Positions 16,635 to 25,830 of a stretch of 61,020 nt of DNA are shown here, piece by piece. A model generated the notes under the pieces. It saw only the letters and a program-made list of their open reading frames with translations. It was not told the DNA's origin and did not search any database. The DNA lies in contig CALXPK010000043.1 in NCBI GenBank assembly GCA_944390265.1, forward strand, positions 1-61,020, given 5' to 3'. The stretch is from an uncultured Alphaproteobacteria bacterium. Its GTDB lineage: Bacteria > Pseudomonadota > Alphaproteobacteria > RF32 > CAG-239. How positions within the stretch are numbered: position 1 is the stretch's first letter; each line of letters opens with the position of its first letter. The position numbers and the translations under genes are program-made.

Positions 16635-18240
16635 TTATATCAAAACTGCCTTTGGGCTTTCCATTTCGGCCATTGTCGCCGCGTGCTCCATGTCAACGCA
16701 ACTTGATGCCGAAATTGAGCATGAGGTGAAAACCGCAACCGAACTGAAAGAGCAATCCAAAGTTCCAACTCAGGTTGCCCCAGAAGACGTGGTCCGCGTT
16801 AAAAATGATATTTGGCTCGGCGACAAGTCGGAAGTGGAATATAACGGCGAACCTCTGCCCAGCTATTTGGAGACCAAAGACGGAATCACTTTGGTCAGTA
16901 ACCGTCCGATTACGTTGTTTGAAGTCGGCGATATGATTAATAAGCTCACCTCCATTCAGGTGCGTTTTGCCAACCATCTCGAACAAGATGTTTTGAGCGT
17001 GGCCAAGGAAAACAAACCCGACCCGAACACCATTAATACCGATTGGACCGAACCCAACAAGATGTTGCTTTCTTACAAAGGTCCGTTGAGCGGCTTGCTG
17101 AACGAAGTGGCTTCTCGTTTCGGCATTTGGTGGAAATATGACAAGAATCAGATTTTCTTCTATAAATATGAAACCAGAACTTTCACCGTTTACAGCTTGC
17201 CGACTAAACCGTCTTTGCAGGTTAATATGGGCGGTGAATCTTCCGGCGAAAGCGGAAATGCTTCGGCAACTTTGACCTCCGGCGCCGAATTGGAATTGTG
17301 GTCTAATATTGAAAAAGCCATTCAATCCATGATTGGCGGGGAATCCAAACTCAGCGTTGATTCCGTCAACGGAACCGTGACCCTGACCGGAACCCCGATT
17401 GAGATTAAAAAAGTGGCTAAATATATTAATGAGCAAAATACGCGCTTGTCCAGACAAGTGGCTATCAGCGTTAAGATTTTGCAAGTGACGCTTTCCGATT
17501 CAGACCAATATGGTTTGGATTTGTCCGCTGGCTTTAACGATGGTAAAACCTCTTTGAATCTGGCTAGCCCGTCCGGTCTTTCCGATGAAATTGAGAAAAA
17601 CATCAATATGACCATTGCCCCCGGAAACTGGAACGTGACAACCTTTATTCAGGCTTTGTCGGAGAAAAACAATACCACGTTGGTGACCAGCGGTACGGTT
17701 ACAACGCTGAACAACAAACCGGCACCGATTCAGGTTACACGTAAGGAAAACTATATTTCCGAAATTACCAAAACCAACTCCGGAAGCTCTGACAGTAGCT
17801 ATGACTATGATATTTCTACCGAAACCGAAGAAATTGAAACCGGTTTTACGCTCAATGTGTTGCCGAGAATTATGGAACACGGCCGTTTGTTGATGATGTT
17901 CAACCTGACTTTGTCTGACCTGATTTCGCTTGAAAAAGTTTATTTGCAGACAAACGAAGATCCGACACAACCGGCTTCCGGCGAATATATTCAAAACCCG
18001 ATTGTGGAAACCAGAGGCTTCACCCAAGAAGTGGCTTTGAAATCCGGCGAATCCTTGATTTTGAGCGGTTATGAACGTGTGGAAAGCGAAGCCAAAAAGT
18101 CCGGCGTGGGTTCTGCAGACAACTCTTTGCTCGGCGGTACGGCCGTTGCTACCAAAGACCGCAGCCTGTTGGTCATTATCTTAACGCCGGTGGTTTTGGA
18201 ATCTCCTTTGAATCCGGAATCCAGAATGAAAACTTATTAA
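16621..18240 (+). CDS. pilN: PilN-family type IVb pilus secretin lipoprotein (539 aa)
   Basis: Start is ATG 16621, 6 nt after GGAGG. Lipobox LSISAIVAAC. The C-terminal secretin core reads TTLVTSGTVTTLNNKPAPIQVT...GFTLNVLPRIMEHGRLLMMFNLTLSDL...PIVETRGFTQEVALKSGESLILSGYE. Confidence 0.8.
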   Translation: MRMNNYIKTAFGLSISAIVAACSMSTQLDAEIEHEVKTATELKEQSKVPTQVAPEDVVRVKNDIWLGDKSEVEYNGEPLPSYLETKDGITLVSNRPITLFEVGDMINKLTSIQVRFANHLEQDVLSVAKENKPDPNTINTDWTEPNKMLLSYKGPLSGLLNEVASRFGIWWKYDKNQIFFYKYETRTFTVYSLPTKPSLQVNMGGESSGESGNASATLTSGAELELWSNIEKAIQSMIGGESKLSVDSVNGTVTLTGTPIEIKKVAKYINEQNTRLSRQVAISVKILQVTLSDSDQYGLDLSAGFNDGKTSLNLASPSGLSDEIEKNINMTIAPGNWNVTTFIQALSEKNNTTLVTSGTVTTLNNKPAPIQVTRKENYISEITKTNSGSSDSSYDYDISTETEEIETGFTLNVLPRIMEHGRLLMMFNLTLSDLISLEKVYLQTNEDPTQPASGEYIQNPIVETRGFTQEVALKSGESLILSGYERVESEAKKSGVGSADNSLLGGTAVATKDRSLLVIILTPVVLESPLNPESRMKTY

Positions 18241-18252
18241 AAGGGAAAAAAC

Positions 18253-19530
18253 GTGCTAGACGACGCAAAATTTGCAGAAAATGAGGTCGAGACAGCTCCT
18301 CGCACTTGGGGAACAAGCATTTTTGTCGATGGACAAACTTATGCAACAAGTTTGTTTTGGCAGCCTTTGCAAAACCAAGATGAATCCATTGCCGAGATTG
18401 CCGAGGCTTCGGAAGGCATTTTGGAAGGGGCCGATTTGTTCTGTATCAAACCCGGTAAGGCACCTCAGTTCGGTATTTGCGTCTCGCAAGAGGGATACAA
18501 AAAAGGACAAATGGTGGCTGCCGTGGCTTTGTCAACGGCTTTGGCTGACCGCACCTCTTTTATTGCCGTTTTTAAAGTGGCCGAAGGTTGGTGGTATACT
18601 TGCGTCAGAAACGATATCATCCTCTCTGACGGCGATATGCTGTTTTTGAACGAAGAAGATGCCAGAAATCAATTTACTTCCATGTTGGCCGTGCCGGATT
18701 GGGGCAGAAAAATTGCGCCGGCCGAATGGCATATTGAAGATACCGAAGATATTAGCTTGGCACAACTGTTGCAACGCGGCACTTCGGCCAAGCTGCAAAA
18801 AATTAAAGGTTTGCGCGGAGCCAAATTGCTGATGGTGGTCGGTATTTCCGTTGCCGTCGGACTTTGGTTGCTCTCTAACCTGATTGATGCATTGTTGTTT
18901 ACACCGGTCAAACGTCCGGTGGTGGTGCCGGTGCAGCCCAAAGTGGTGAAAAAAGTTGAGCAAGTGCCGATTATCAAACCTTGGGAAACCTTGAAAAATC
19001 CATCGCAGATTATGACCCAATGCGTTGAAAATATTGAAAAGCTAAAACGGATTTTGCCGCCAGGATGGAAAATCGGTGAGTTTTCTTGCTCGCAGACCGG
19101 AGTGTCCACTTCTTGGAAAAGAGAGGTTGGGCGAATGTCTTGGATTAAAAAATCGCTTGATGAATCTGGCATTGATTTTGCTTATCGGACTTTTTCCGAA
19201 GACGGAAATGTTTTGTCGGTCGGAATTAATTATACAAAGATTGATACGCTGACTTCGCCTCCGACGACAAGTTTGCCCAATTTGCGCGAAATTGTGAACA
19301 ATCTTTTTCAAAGCATTGGCGAGAAAGTGGCTCTGAGCAACGGAACTTTTACTCAAAATATTGGGGAAAAAGAACGTCGGACATACAGATATCTCGGTTT
19401 TAGGTTCTCTTCCGAATATAATCCTTTGGTTTGGAACGGTTTATTAACAAAATTTTCAGGACTTGATATTAAAGTAATCAGATATGATGGTAGCACTTGG
19501 AATTATGAGGGAGCAATTTATGCGTTGTGA
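18253..19530 (+). CDS. pilO: PilO-like pilus assembly protein (R64 PilO / PilO2-type, 425 aa)
   Basis: GTG start 6 nt after AAGGGA. The cytoplasmic N-domain has the FWQPL motif, with a single central TM (AKLLMVVGISVAVGLWLLSNLIDALLF). Size and position after the secretin match R64 PilO. Confidence 0.5.
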   Translation: MLDDAKFAENEVETAPRTWGTSIFVDGQTYATSLFWQPLQNQDESIAEIAEASEGILEGADLFCIKPGKAPQFGICVSQEGYKKGQMVAAVALSTALADRTSFIAVFKVAEGWWYTCVRNDIILSDGDMLFLNEEDARNQFTSMLAVPDWGRKIAPAEWHIEDTEDISLAQLLQRGTSAKLQKIKGLRGAKLLMVVGISVAVGLWLLSNLIDALLFTPVKRPVVVPVQPKVVKKVEQVPIIKPWETLKNPSQIMTQCVENIEKLKRILPPGWKIGEFSCSQTGVSTSWKREVGRMSWIKKSLDESGIDFAYRTFSEDGNVLSVGINYTKIDTLTSPPTTSLPNLREIVNNLFQSIGEKVALSNGTFTQNIGEKERRTYRYLGFRFSSEYNPLVWNGLLTKFSGLDIKVIRYDGSTWNYEGAIYAL

Positions 19531-21046
19531 TATTAAAAAAATCTTATCTACTTCGGCTTTGGCTTTGGTTTTGAGCCTCGGCTATGTTAATTTGTGCTCT
19601 GCTCAAGGTGTTGTCAGCTTAAGCAACGATGCCAAAGCTAACAATTCTGCAGATGAAATTCCCAATGAAATTTCTCTTTTCGGCGATGATTCTTCAACTG
19701 TCAAAGTCATCACTCCGGCAAAATCGACATCAGGCGTTAAGTCGGCTGCCGAATTGTTGGGAAACAAGGCTGCCAAAGATGCAAAAGCTGCTCCGGCCAA
19801 CGCGAACGGCGTTAAGTCGGCCGCGGAACTCTTGGGTGGCAAACAAAACGGCGTTAAGTCGGCCGCAGAACTCTTGGGTAACAAGGCCGCGCCTAAAACC
19901 AAAGAGGCTCCGGCTAATGCAAACGGTGTCAAATCGGCCGCAGAGCTCTTGGGTGGCAAGCCAAACGGCGTTAAATCTGCTGCAGAACTCTTGAACGCAA
20001 ATAAGGCCCAAACAGAAGAAAAGCCAAATCAAGCTGCCGATCAAAGTCAGGTCATAAGTGCTAAGGCCATTCAAACCCAAACTTTGGGTAATGTGCAGAT
20101 GGTTAAAGATGCCGAAGAGAGTGTTTTTGACCAAATGTCCGATTTGGAAAAACAAACCGCGATTTTGAATTTGGAATTGAAAAAAGAAAAAGTTAAAAGC
20201 GACATTGAATCTTTGAAAGCCGTGCAAGCCAAAGCTCGTCAGGAAGAACAGGCTCGCCAAGAAGAAGAAAAACGCAAAGTTCAAGAATGGAAAAATGCCG
20301 AAAAACGCAAAATTTTGCAAGAGCAACAAAAGCTGAAAGAGCTGGAAATTGCTTTGGAAAAACAACGTCAGGAAAGTTTGTTGAACAGCTACAAAAACCA
20401 GATGTTGATTGCCAAACAAGATGCCATTAAAACGCAGGCTGAACTCTACAAAGAAATCAGCTCACTCAGAGATGAAAAACAAGCACTCATCAGCGATTTT
20501 AAGGGACGTTTCGTACAATTGACACGTTTGGCCGACAAAGCAACCAATGATGCCATCCGCGTCAGAGATAATTATGCCAAAACCATTTCTGATTTGCAGA
20601 CACAAATTTCCATTCTCAAAGCCAGACTTGAGGCTAACAAAGAGCAAAATCCGTTTGCCGACGGCAAAACCGGCGATGGTGCGCCTGAGGTAAATGATGT
20701 GCGTATCAGCGATTTGTACGCCGTGATGGAAATCAGAGGCCAAGGAAACAATATGATTGCCAAACTGATTAATGAAAACGGTTATCCGTTTATGGTCAAA
20801 GTCGGAACGGCTTTGCAAAGCGGCCATATTATTGATGAAATTACACCGACTTATGTTCGTGGCGACAAAGGCGGATATAAAGACTATTTGTATTTCTCTG
20901 CCGGCGGTATTTTGGACAAAGAGCCGATTCACAATGAAGATATCAGCGTTAAGGCGGTAACCGATAATGCTAATAAGACTGCCGTTCCTGCCGCCGTGAT
21001 GTCAAACGGAATCCCCGGTGTGGCCGCTGAAATGACTATCCGATAG
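19520..21046 (+). CDS. PilP-like protein with an N-terminal tandem peptide repeat and central coiled coil (508 aa)
   Basis: Start is ATG 19520 after GAGGGA. It has a signal peptide, 5x GVKSAAELL(G/N), and a K/E/Q coiled coil. The C-terminal block ISDLYAVMEIRGQGNNMIAKLINENGYPFMVKVGTALQSGHIIDEITPTYV resembles the PilP/GspC HR-type domain. Confidence 0.5.
   Translation: MRCDIKKILSTSALALVLSLGYVNLCSAQGVVSLSNDAKANNSADEIPNEISLFGDDSSTVKVITPAKSTSGVKSAAELLGNKAAKDAKAAPANANGVKSAAELLGGKQNGVKSAAELLGNKAAPKTKEAPANANGVKSAAELLGGKPNGVKSAAELLNANKAQTEEKPNQAADQSQVISAKAIQTQTLGNVQMVKDAEESVFDQMSDLEKQTAILNLELKKEKVKSDIESLKAVQAKARQEEQARQEEEKRKVQEWKNAEKRKILQEQQKLKELEIALEKQRQESLLNSYKNQMLIAKQDAIKTQAELYKEISSLRDEKQALISDFKGRFVQLTRLADKATNDAIRVRDNYAKTISDLQTQISILKARLEANKEQNPFADGKTGDGAPEVNDVRISDLYAVMEIRGQGNNMIAKLINENGYPFMVKVGTALQSGHIIDEITPTYVRGDKGGYKDYLYFSAGGILDKEPIHNEDISVKAVTDNANKTAVPAAVMSNGIPGVAAEMTIR
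19733..19993 (+). repeat. In-frame tandem coding repeat encoding five GVKSAAELL units
   Basis: GGCGTTAAGTCGGC(T/C)GC(C/G/A)GAA(T/C)T(G/C)TTGGG recurs five times. The higher-order unit GVKSAAELLGNKAA..APANANGVKSAAELLGGK.N is itself duplicated. Confidence 0.85.
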
Positions 21047-21055
21047 GATTTAAAC

Positions 21056-22735
21056 ATGGCTCCTGATAACGAGACGGAAGAAGAAAAAAACACTGAACCT
21101 TCACCGGAAATTCAAGCAACATCCGGCGGAGGTTCTCCTGCTTCTGAACCTCAAGATGAAATTACACATTCTCTCGGCCAATTGGAACTTTATTTCCAAA
21201 ACGGACGCAAGTTGTTGACCGTTCCCGGCGGAACGCTCAACATCAACGATGATACTCGCCGTTTGCTGGCGCTCTTTTCCGACGGAAGTTTTCTTGTTTC
21301 CGAAGCCCATAAGTTTGACGGACGCGTTTTGAGCTTTGAGGTCTTGGCTCGCAAGAAGAAATTGATGATTGCCAAGCCCGTTTATGTCAGCCAAAACGAG
21401 TTGAACGCCATTTATAATTATGCCGAACGTAATGCCGTTGATATTGAAACCGATGAAGATTTGGCCTCTTTGCAAATGCAAAAAGACTTTGTCAACGTGG
21501 TTACCCGCGCCGCCGAAAAAAAAGTTTCCGATATTCACGTCGTGGTGGCTGACAGTACGCAAATTATGTTTCGTATTAACGGTATGATGTCCATTGAAAT
21601 GGAATATAACAAAGACTGGGGCGAAGCCTTTGTTCGTGCCGCTTTTGCTTCGGCTGATATTTCCGATTCAAACTATGCGCAAAATGAGTTTCAAGGCGCG
21701 CAAAAGCTCGGTTCTACCCCATTGAGAGGCTCTAAAGGCAAGTTGATGCTTCCGCATAACGTGCTCGCTATTCGTTTGCAATTTAACCCGATTGCTTTCG
21801 GTTCTCAATATTTGGTTATGCGCCTTTTGTATGCCGATGATAACCCCAACGGAAGCGGCGATTTGTCCTCTTTGGGTATGACCGAGTATGAAGAAAATTT
21901 GTTTTTCAGACTTCGTTCCGTACCAACCGGCGTCAGCATCGTATCGGGGCCGACCGGTAGCGGCAAAAGTACAACCTTGCAAAGAAATATGATCAAACTT
22001 TTGCAAGAGAAAAATTATGAAATTAACCTCATTACCGTGGAAGACCCGCCGGAATATCCTATTCCCGGAGCAAGGCAAATGCCGGTGACCAATGCCAACA
22101 CCGAAGAAGAAAAAGATGAGCAATTTACAAAAGCATTGTCCGCAGCTTTGCGTTCCGATCCGGATGTGATGATGGTCGGTGAGATTCGTACCCTTTCAGC
22201 CGCTCAGCTGACTTTTAAAGGCGCTTTGTCCGGCCACGGTATGTGGACAACCTTGCACGCCAACTCTGCTCCGGCCATTATTCCGCGTTTGCGCGATATG
22301 GGCGTAGAAACATTTAAACTTTGCGACCCTGAATTGGTTAAAGGCCTTATCGGACAACGCTTGTTTAGAAAACTTTGTCCGCACTGCCGTATCTCGGTTA
22401 AAGAACAGCTTAATATGCCTTCCGTTCAACGTTTGAAAGTTGCTTTGGGCGATTTTGGTATTGAAAATACTTATGTTCGCGGTCCGGGATGCAAATATTG
22501 CGACGGAACCGGAATTAAGGGGCGAACCAGCATTCAGGAGATTATTCTGCCCGATGCAACCTTTTTGGAGCTCATTATTAAAGGTGAAACCCGAAAAGCC
22601 ATTGACTATTGGACCAGTGATTTGGGCGGAAGAACCATGAAAGATGCCGCAATTGAGCGTATGCTTAAAGGTTATATTGATTTGGACGAAGTGGAGCGTT
22701 GGTGCGGCTTAATGGACCAACGTCCAGCTTATTAG
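21056..22735 (+). CDS. pilQ: Type IV pilus assembly ATPase, GspE/PilB family (R64 PilQ-like, 559 aa)
   Basis: Walker A SGPTGSGKSTTL, Asp box/Walker B ...DPDVMMVGEIR, His box TGHGMWTTLHAN, and a C-terminal tetracysteine CPHC...CKYCDGTG. Confidence 0.88.
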   Translation: MAPDNETEEEKNTEPSPEIQATSGGGSPASEPQDEITHSLGQLELYFQNGRKLLTVPGGTLNINDDTRRLLALFSDGSFLVSEAHKFDGRVLSFEVLARKKKLMIAKPVYVSQNELNAIYNYAERNAVDIETDEDLASLQMQKDFVNVVTRAAEKKVSDIHVVVADSTQIMFRINGMMSIEMEYNKDWGEAFVRAAFASADISDSNYAQNEFQGAQKLGSTPLRGSKGKLMLPHNVLAIRLQFNPIAFGSQYLVMRLLYADDNPNGSGDLSSLGMTEYEENLFFRLRSVPTGVSIVSGPTGSGKSTTLQRNMIKLLQEKNYEINLITVEDPPEYPIPGARQMPVTNANTEEEKDEQFTKALSAALRSDPDVMMVGEIRTLSAAQLTFKGALSGHGMWTTLHANSAPAIIPRLRDMGVETFKLCDPELVKGLIGQRLFRKLCPHCRISVKEQLNMPSVQRLKVALGDFGIENTYVRGPGCKYCDGTGIKGRTSIQEIILPDATFLELIIKGETRKAIDYWTSDLGGRTMKDAAIERMLKGYIDLDEVERWCGLMDQRPAY

Positions 22736-22754
22736 TTTTTTTCATGAGGAAAAA

Positions 22755-23885
22755 ATGGCAGAGGGAAAAGATAAAAGAAATTCTATAAACTCCATTCAAA
22801 GAGCAATGCGTCATTTGAACGTTGTTGAAGAATATTATGCCAAAATGATTTGTAATTTTTCGAATGAAGCACGCTTAAAACTCTATAAAAAAATTGCTTC
22901 TTTGATGAAAAACCGCTTTTCTTTGATGAGCGCTTTGGATATGTTGCATGATAGTGCCAGTGACGGCGGGAAAAGCCCCGGAGAGCCGATGGCCATTGCC
23001 ATTGCTTGTTGGGCCAGAGCTTTGAATAACGGTTTGACTTTTTCCGATGCTTTGAAAGGTTGGGCTCCCGACAGAGAGCGTTTGATGCTTTCCGTGGGTG
23101 ACGTTTCTGACCTTGAGGGGGCTTTGCTTAACCTTATCCGCGTGACCGAAGGTTCTACCAAAATGGTGCGACCGATTATCGGGGCTATTGCTTACCCTTC
23201 TTTTTTGTTTATGATGGCGGTGTTGATTATTTACGGTATCGGCGTTTATATGGTGCCGCCGATGCTTGATGCCGCACCGCGTACCGTGTGGACCGGTATG
23301 GCGCGCGATTTGGTAGACTTGTCCAACTGGATTAAGGAATATTGGTTGGTGGCCTTCAGCGCTTTGCCGGTGGTTATGCTGTTGATTTATTCCACCATCA
23401 GCATTTGGACCGGTCGTATTCGGGCTTTTGTTGATAATTTTCCGCCTTATTCGCTTTATAAGGTTTTTGTCGGAATCAGCTGGCTGCTTGCTCTTTCGGC
23501 TTTGGTCAAAGGCGGTACGCCGGTTTCTACCGCACTCAGAGCCTTGAGACGCGATGCCAGCCGCTATTTGAAAGAACGTATTGATAAAACACTGGTCTTT
23601 ATTAATAACGGTGACAACCTGGGCGTGGCTTTGCAAAAAACCAAACTGGATTTTCCCGATAAGGAAATTATTGCCGATTTGAAAATTTATTCCGAGTTGG
23701 ATAATTTTGAAGAAGCCTTGGAATCTTTGGCCAATGAATGGCTGGAAGAATCCGTCTATCTGATTGAACAAAAAGCGGCTTTGTTAAACATGGTGGCCAT
23801 TTTGTCCGTGGCTGCCGTGATTGCTTGGGCCGTTATGGGTACCTTTGCCATGCAAGACCAAATTACCAACCAAATGGGAGCTTAG
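22755..23885 (+). CDS. pilR: GspF/PilC-family inner-membrane platform protein (R64 PilR-like, 376 aa)
   Basis: It has a duplicated helical cytoplasmic domain plus three TM segments (AIAYPSFLFMMAVLIIYGIGVYMV; VAFSALPVVMLLIY; LLNMVAILSVAAVIAWAVMG). It lies directly after the ATPase. Confidence 0.8.
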   Translation: MAEGKDKRNSINSIQRAMRHLNVVEEYYAKMICNFSNEARLKLYKKIASLMKNRFSLMSALDMLHDSASDGGKSPGEPMAIAIACWARALNNGLTFSDALKGWAPDRERLMLSVGDVSDLEGALLNLIRVTEGSTKMVRPIIGAIAYPSFLFMMAVLIIYGIGVYMVPPMLDAAPRTVWTGMARDLVDLSNWIKEYWLVAFSALPVVMLLIYSTISIWTGRIRAFVDNFPPYSLYKVFVGISWLLALSALVKGGTPVSTALRALRRDASRYLKERIDKTLVFINNGDNLGVALQKTKLDFPDKEIIADLKIYSELDNFEEALESLANEWLEESVYLIEQKAALLNMVAILSVAAVIAWAVMGTFAMQDQITNQMGA

Positions 23886-23886
23886 G

Positions 23887-24450
23887 ATGAACTTTGGAAA
23901 AAAAATGATGCCTATCTTTCAAAAAAACTCCAAGATTTTGCTCATCTTGGGCTTGATTTTGATTATCGGGCTCGGGTTGGCTTTTAGGCTCAAGCCTGAT
24001 AAAAAAATGACAAATTCGGGGCAACAAGTGGCGATTTTGATTGAAAATGTGCGCAATTTCTATAAAAATAAACCTAGTGCTTGGGGGCTGAACAGCTTTT
24101 CGGCCGTTGAAAACAAAATTGTGCCGCAAAATATGCTCTTGGGTCGGCAGATTAAAAACAGTTTGGGCAAAGATGTGCTTTTGGGATCTGATTATCTCGG
24201 AAATACGGTTATGCCGGGAGGACGCTTGTTTGCCATTACTTACAAGAATCTCAGCCATGAAGAGTGTGTGGATTTGGCAACCTTTCCTTTTGCGGAAAAA
24301 GTTATAATTACCATTGATAATATGCAAATTATTAATGATAAAGTTTCTACATTCAGTTGGGGAAGCGAAAATGCCTTGCCCATTAGCAAAAATGCCGCTT
24401 TGAAGGCTTGCGGAGAAAACAATGATATCCTTTGGAATATATACCTATAA
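23887..24450 (+). CDS. Pilin-fold paralog with a non-canonical N-terminus (187 aa)
   Basis: Start is ATG 23887, 6 nt after GGGAG. The globular part aligns by eye with the two prepilins: IENVRNFY/INIRTAF, IVPQNML/IVPADML, ITYKNLSHEECVDLAT/IKFDGLGKETCTSLAS, and KACGENNDILWNIYL/TNCGNANSTNAITWEYY. The N-terminus MNFGKKMMPIFQKNSKILLILGLILIIGLGLAF lacks the G/xxxxE prepilin site. Confidence 0.6.
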   Translation: MNFGKKMMPIFQKNSKILLILGLILIIGLGLAFRLKPDKKMTNSGQQVAILIENVRNFYKNKPSAWGLNSFSAVENKIVPQNMLLGRQIKNSLGKDVLLGSDYLGNTVMPGGRLFAITYKNLSHEECVDLATFPFAEKVIITIDNMQIINDKVSTFSWGSENALPISKNAALKACGENNDILWNIYL

Positions 24451-24539
24451 ACGAAAGATATATATCTAATGCCAATCTTGTTTAGCTTTTATTAATTATA
24501 TATAATTATAATATCAAAGATGAAAAAATGGAGGGTAAA

Positions 24540-25097
24540 ATGAACATGCTTAATAAAATAGAACAATCCGGGCGATCCATGGTGGAGATGCTCGGCGTGC
24601 TTGCGATTATCGGGGTGCTTTCCGTGGGTGGTATTTCCGGTTATTCTAAAGCCATGGCTAAATATAAATTGACTAAAGCTCAAGACCAGATGTCTATGCT
24701 CTTGATTAATATTCGTACCGCTTTTTCCGGTTCTCCGAGTTATCAAGGCTTGAACAACACCACCGCCGTGCAATTGAACATTGTGCCGGCTGATATGTTG
24801 CCGGGCGGCTTGGGCGTTTCGGTCGGTGCCGCTTCCGGTATCGTGAATGCTTTCTCCGGTGCCGTGACCATTACCGCTACCGAAAACAACCAACACTTCC
24901 AAATTAAATTTGATGGTTTGGGTAAAGAAACTTGCACCAGTTTGGCTTCTTCCGACTGGGGTACTGAAGGCTTGGATTCTATGACCGTTAATGCTAAGAC
25001 TTATAATCAAAACGAATTGCCGGTCAGCGCAATCAGTGCCGTGACTAACTGCGGAAACGCTAACTCTACCAACGCTATTACTTGGGAATATTACTAA
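24540..25097 (+). CDS. pilS: Type IVb prepilin, copy 1 (R64 PilS-like major pilin)
   Basis: Leader MNMLNKIEQSG with cleavage context G/RSMVE (Glu at +5), and a hydrophobic helix MLGVLAIIGVLSVGGISGY. It has two Cys (ETC...NCG) bounding a C-terminal D-region. The start could also be 24528 or 24546. Confidence 0.8.
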   Translation: MNMLNKIEQSGRSMVEMLGVLAIIGVLSVGGISGYSKAMAKYKLTKAQDQMSMLLINIRTAFSGSPSYQGLNNTTAVQLNIVPADMLPGGLGVSVGAASGIVNAFSGAVTITATENNQHFQIKFDGLGKETCTSLASSDWGTEGLDSMTVNAKTYNQNELPVSAISAVTNCGNANSTNAITWEYY

Positions 25098-25136
25098 GTG
25101 ATATGTTAATGATGCAGAAGCTGAAGGAGATTGAAA

Positions 25137-25697
25137 ATGACAATACTTAACAGAATAGAACAATCCGGACGATCCATGGTGGAAATGCTTGGTGTGCTTG
25201 CGATTATCGGCGTGCTCTCGGTTGGTGGTATTTCCGGTTATTCCAAAGCAATGGCTAAATATAAATTAACCAAAGCTCAAGACCAAATGGCCATGTTGTT
25301 GATTAACATTCGTACCGCTTTTTCCGGTTCTCCGAGTTATTCCGGCTTGGACAACAGCACGGCCGTGCAGCTGAACATTGTGCCGGCTGATATGTTGCCG
25401 GGCGGCTTGGGCGTTTCGGTCGGTGCCGCTTCCGGTATCGTGAATGCTTTCTCCGGTTCCGTGGTTATTGCCACAGCCGAAAACGGCCAACATTTCAAAA
25501 TCACTTTTAACGGTTTGGGTAAAGAAACTTGCACCAGTTTGGCTTCTTCCGACTGGGGTACTGAAGGTTTGGACTCTATGCAAATTAACAGCAGTGCCGC
25601 TCACAATCAGGCCAATTTGCCGATTGGCGCCATTACTGCTGTCGGTGAGTGTGTGAATGACAACTCAACCAACTCCATTACTTGGGAATATTACTAA
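25137..25697 (+). CDS. pilS: Type IVb prepilin, copy 2 (tandem paralog)
   Basis: Leader MTILNRIEQSG/RSMVEMLGVLAIIGVLSVGG behind GAAGGAG. It is nearly identical to copy 1 until the last ~40 aa, which lie between the conserved Cys pair. Confidence 0.8.
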   Translation: MTILNRIEQSGRSMVEMLGVLAIIGVLSVGGISGYSKAMAKYKLTKAQDQMAMLLINIRTAFSGSPSYSGLDNSTAVQLNIVPADMLPGGLGVSVGAASGIVNAFSGSVVIATAENGQHFKITFNGLGKETCTSLASSDWGTEGLDSMQINSSAAHNQANLPIGAITAVGECVNDNSTNSITWEYY

Positions 25698-25724
25698 TTC
25701 CCGCTTAAAAACCCTCCTTTTGAT

Positions 25725-25757
25725 AAAAGCTCTCGCTCCCGAGAGCTTTTATTTTGC
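25725..25757 (+). terminator. Rho-independent terminator after the pilin genes
   Basis: AAAAGCTCTCG (25725-25735), loop CTCC, CGAGAGCTTTT (25740-25750), followed by ATTTTGCTTT. Confidence 0.75.
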
Positions 25758-25830
25758 TTTGGTTTACTCTTTTTTTACATAAAGATTTTATGATACGCTT
25801 TATGATAAAATTTCTTCGTTGGATAAAAAT

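Noticed and set aside
16693-18027. Two minus-strand ORFs (263 aa and 175 aa)
   Set aside because: Both are antisense to the PilN secretin gene, whose secretin core motifs are clear.
19730-20419. 229-aa minus-strand ORF (F/L-rich) and other frames over the repeat region
   Set aside because: They are antisense or off-frame readings of the PilP-like gene, and the repeats generate spurious open frames.
22875-23771. 298-aa minus-strand ORF
   Set aside because: It is antisense to the GspF-family platform gene. It has no RBS and no recognisable motifs.
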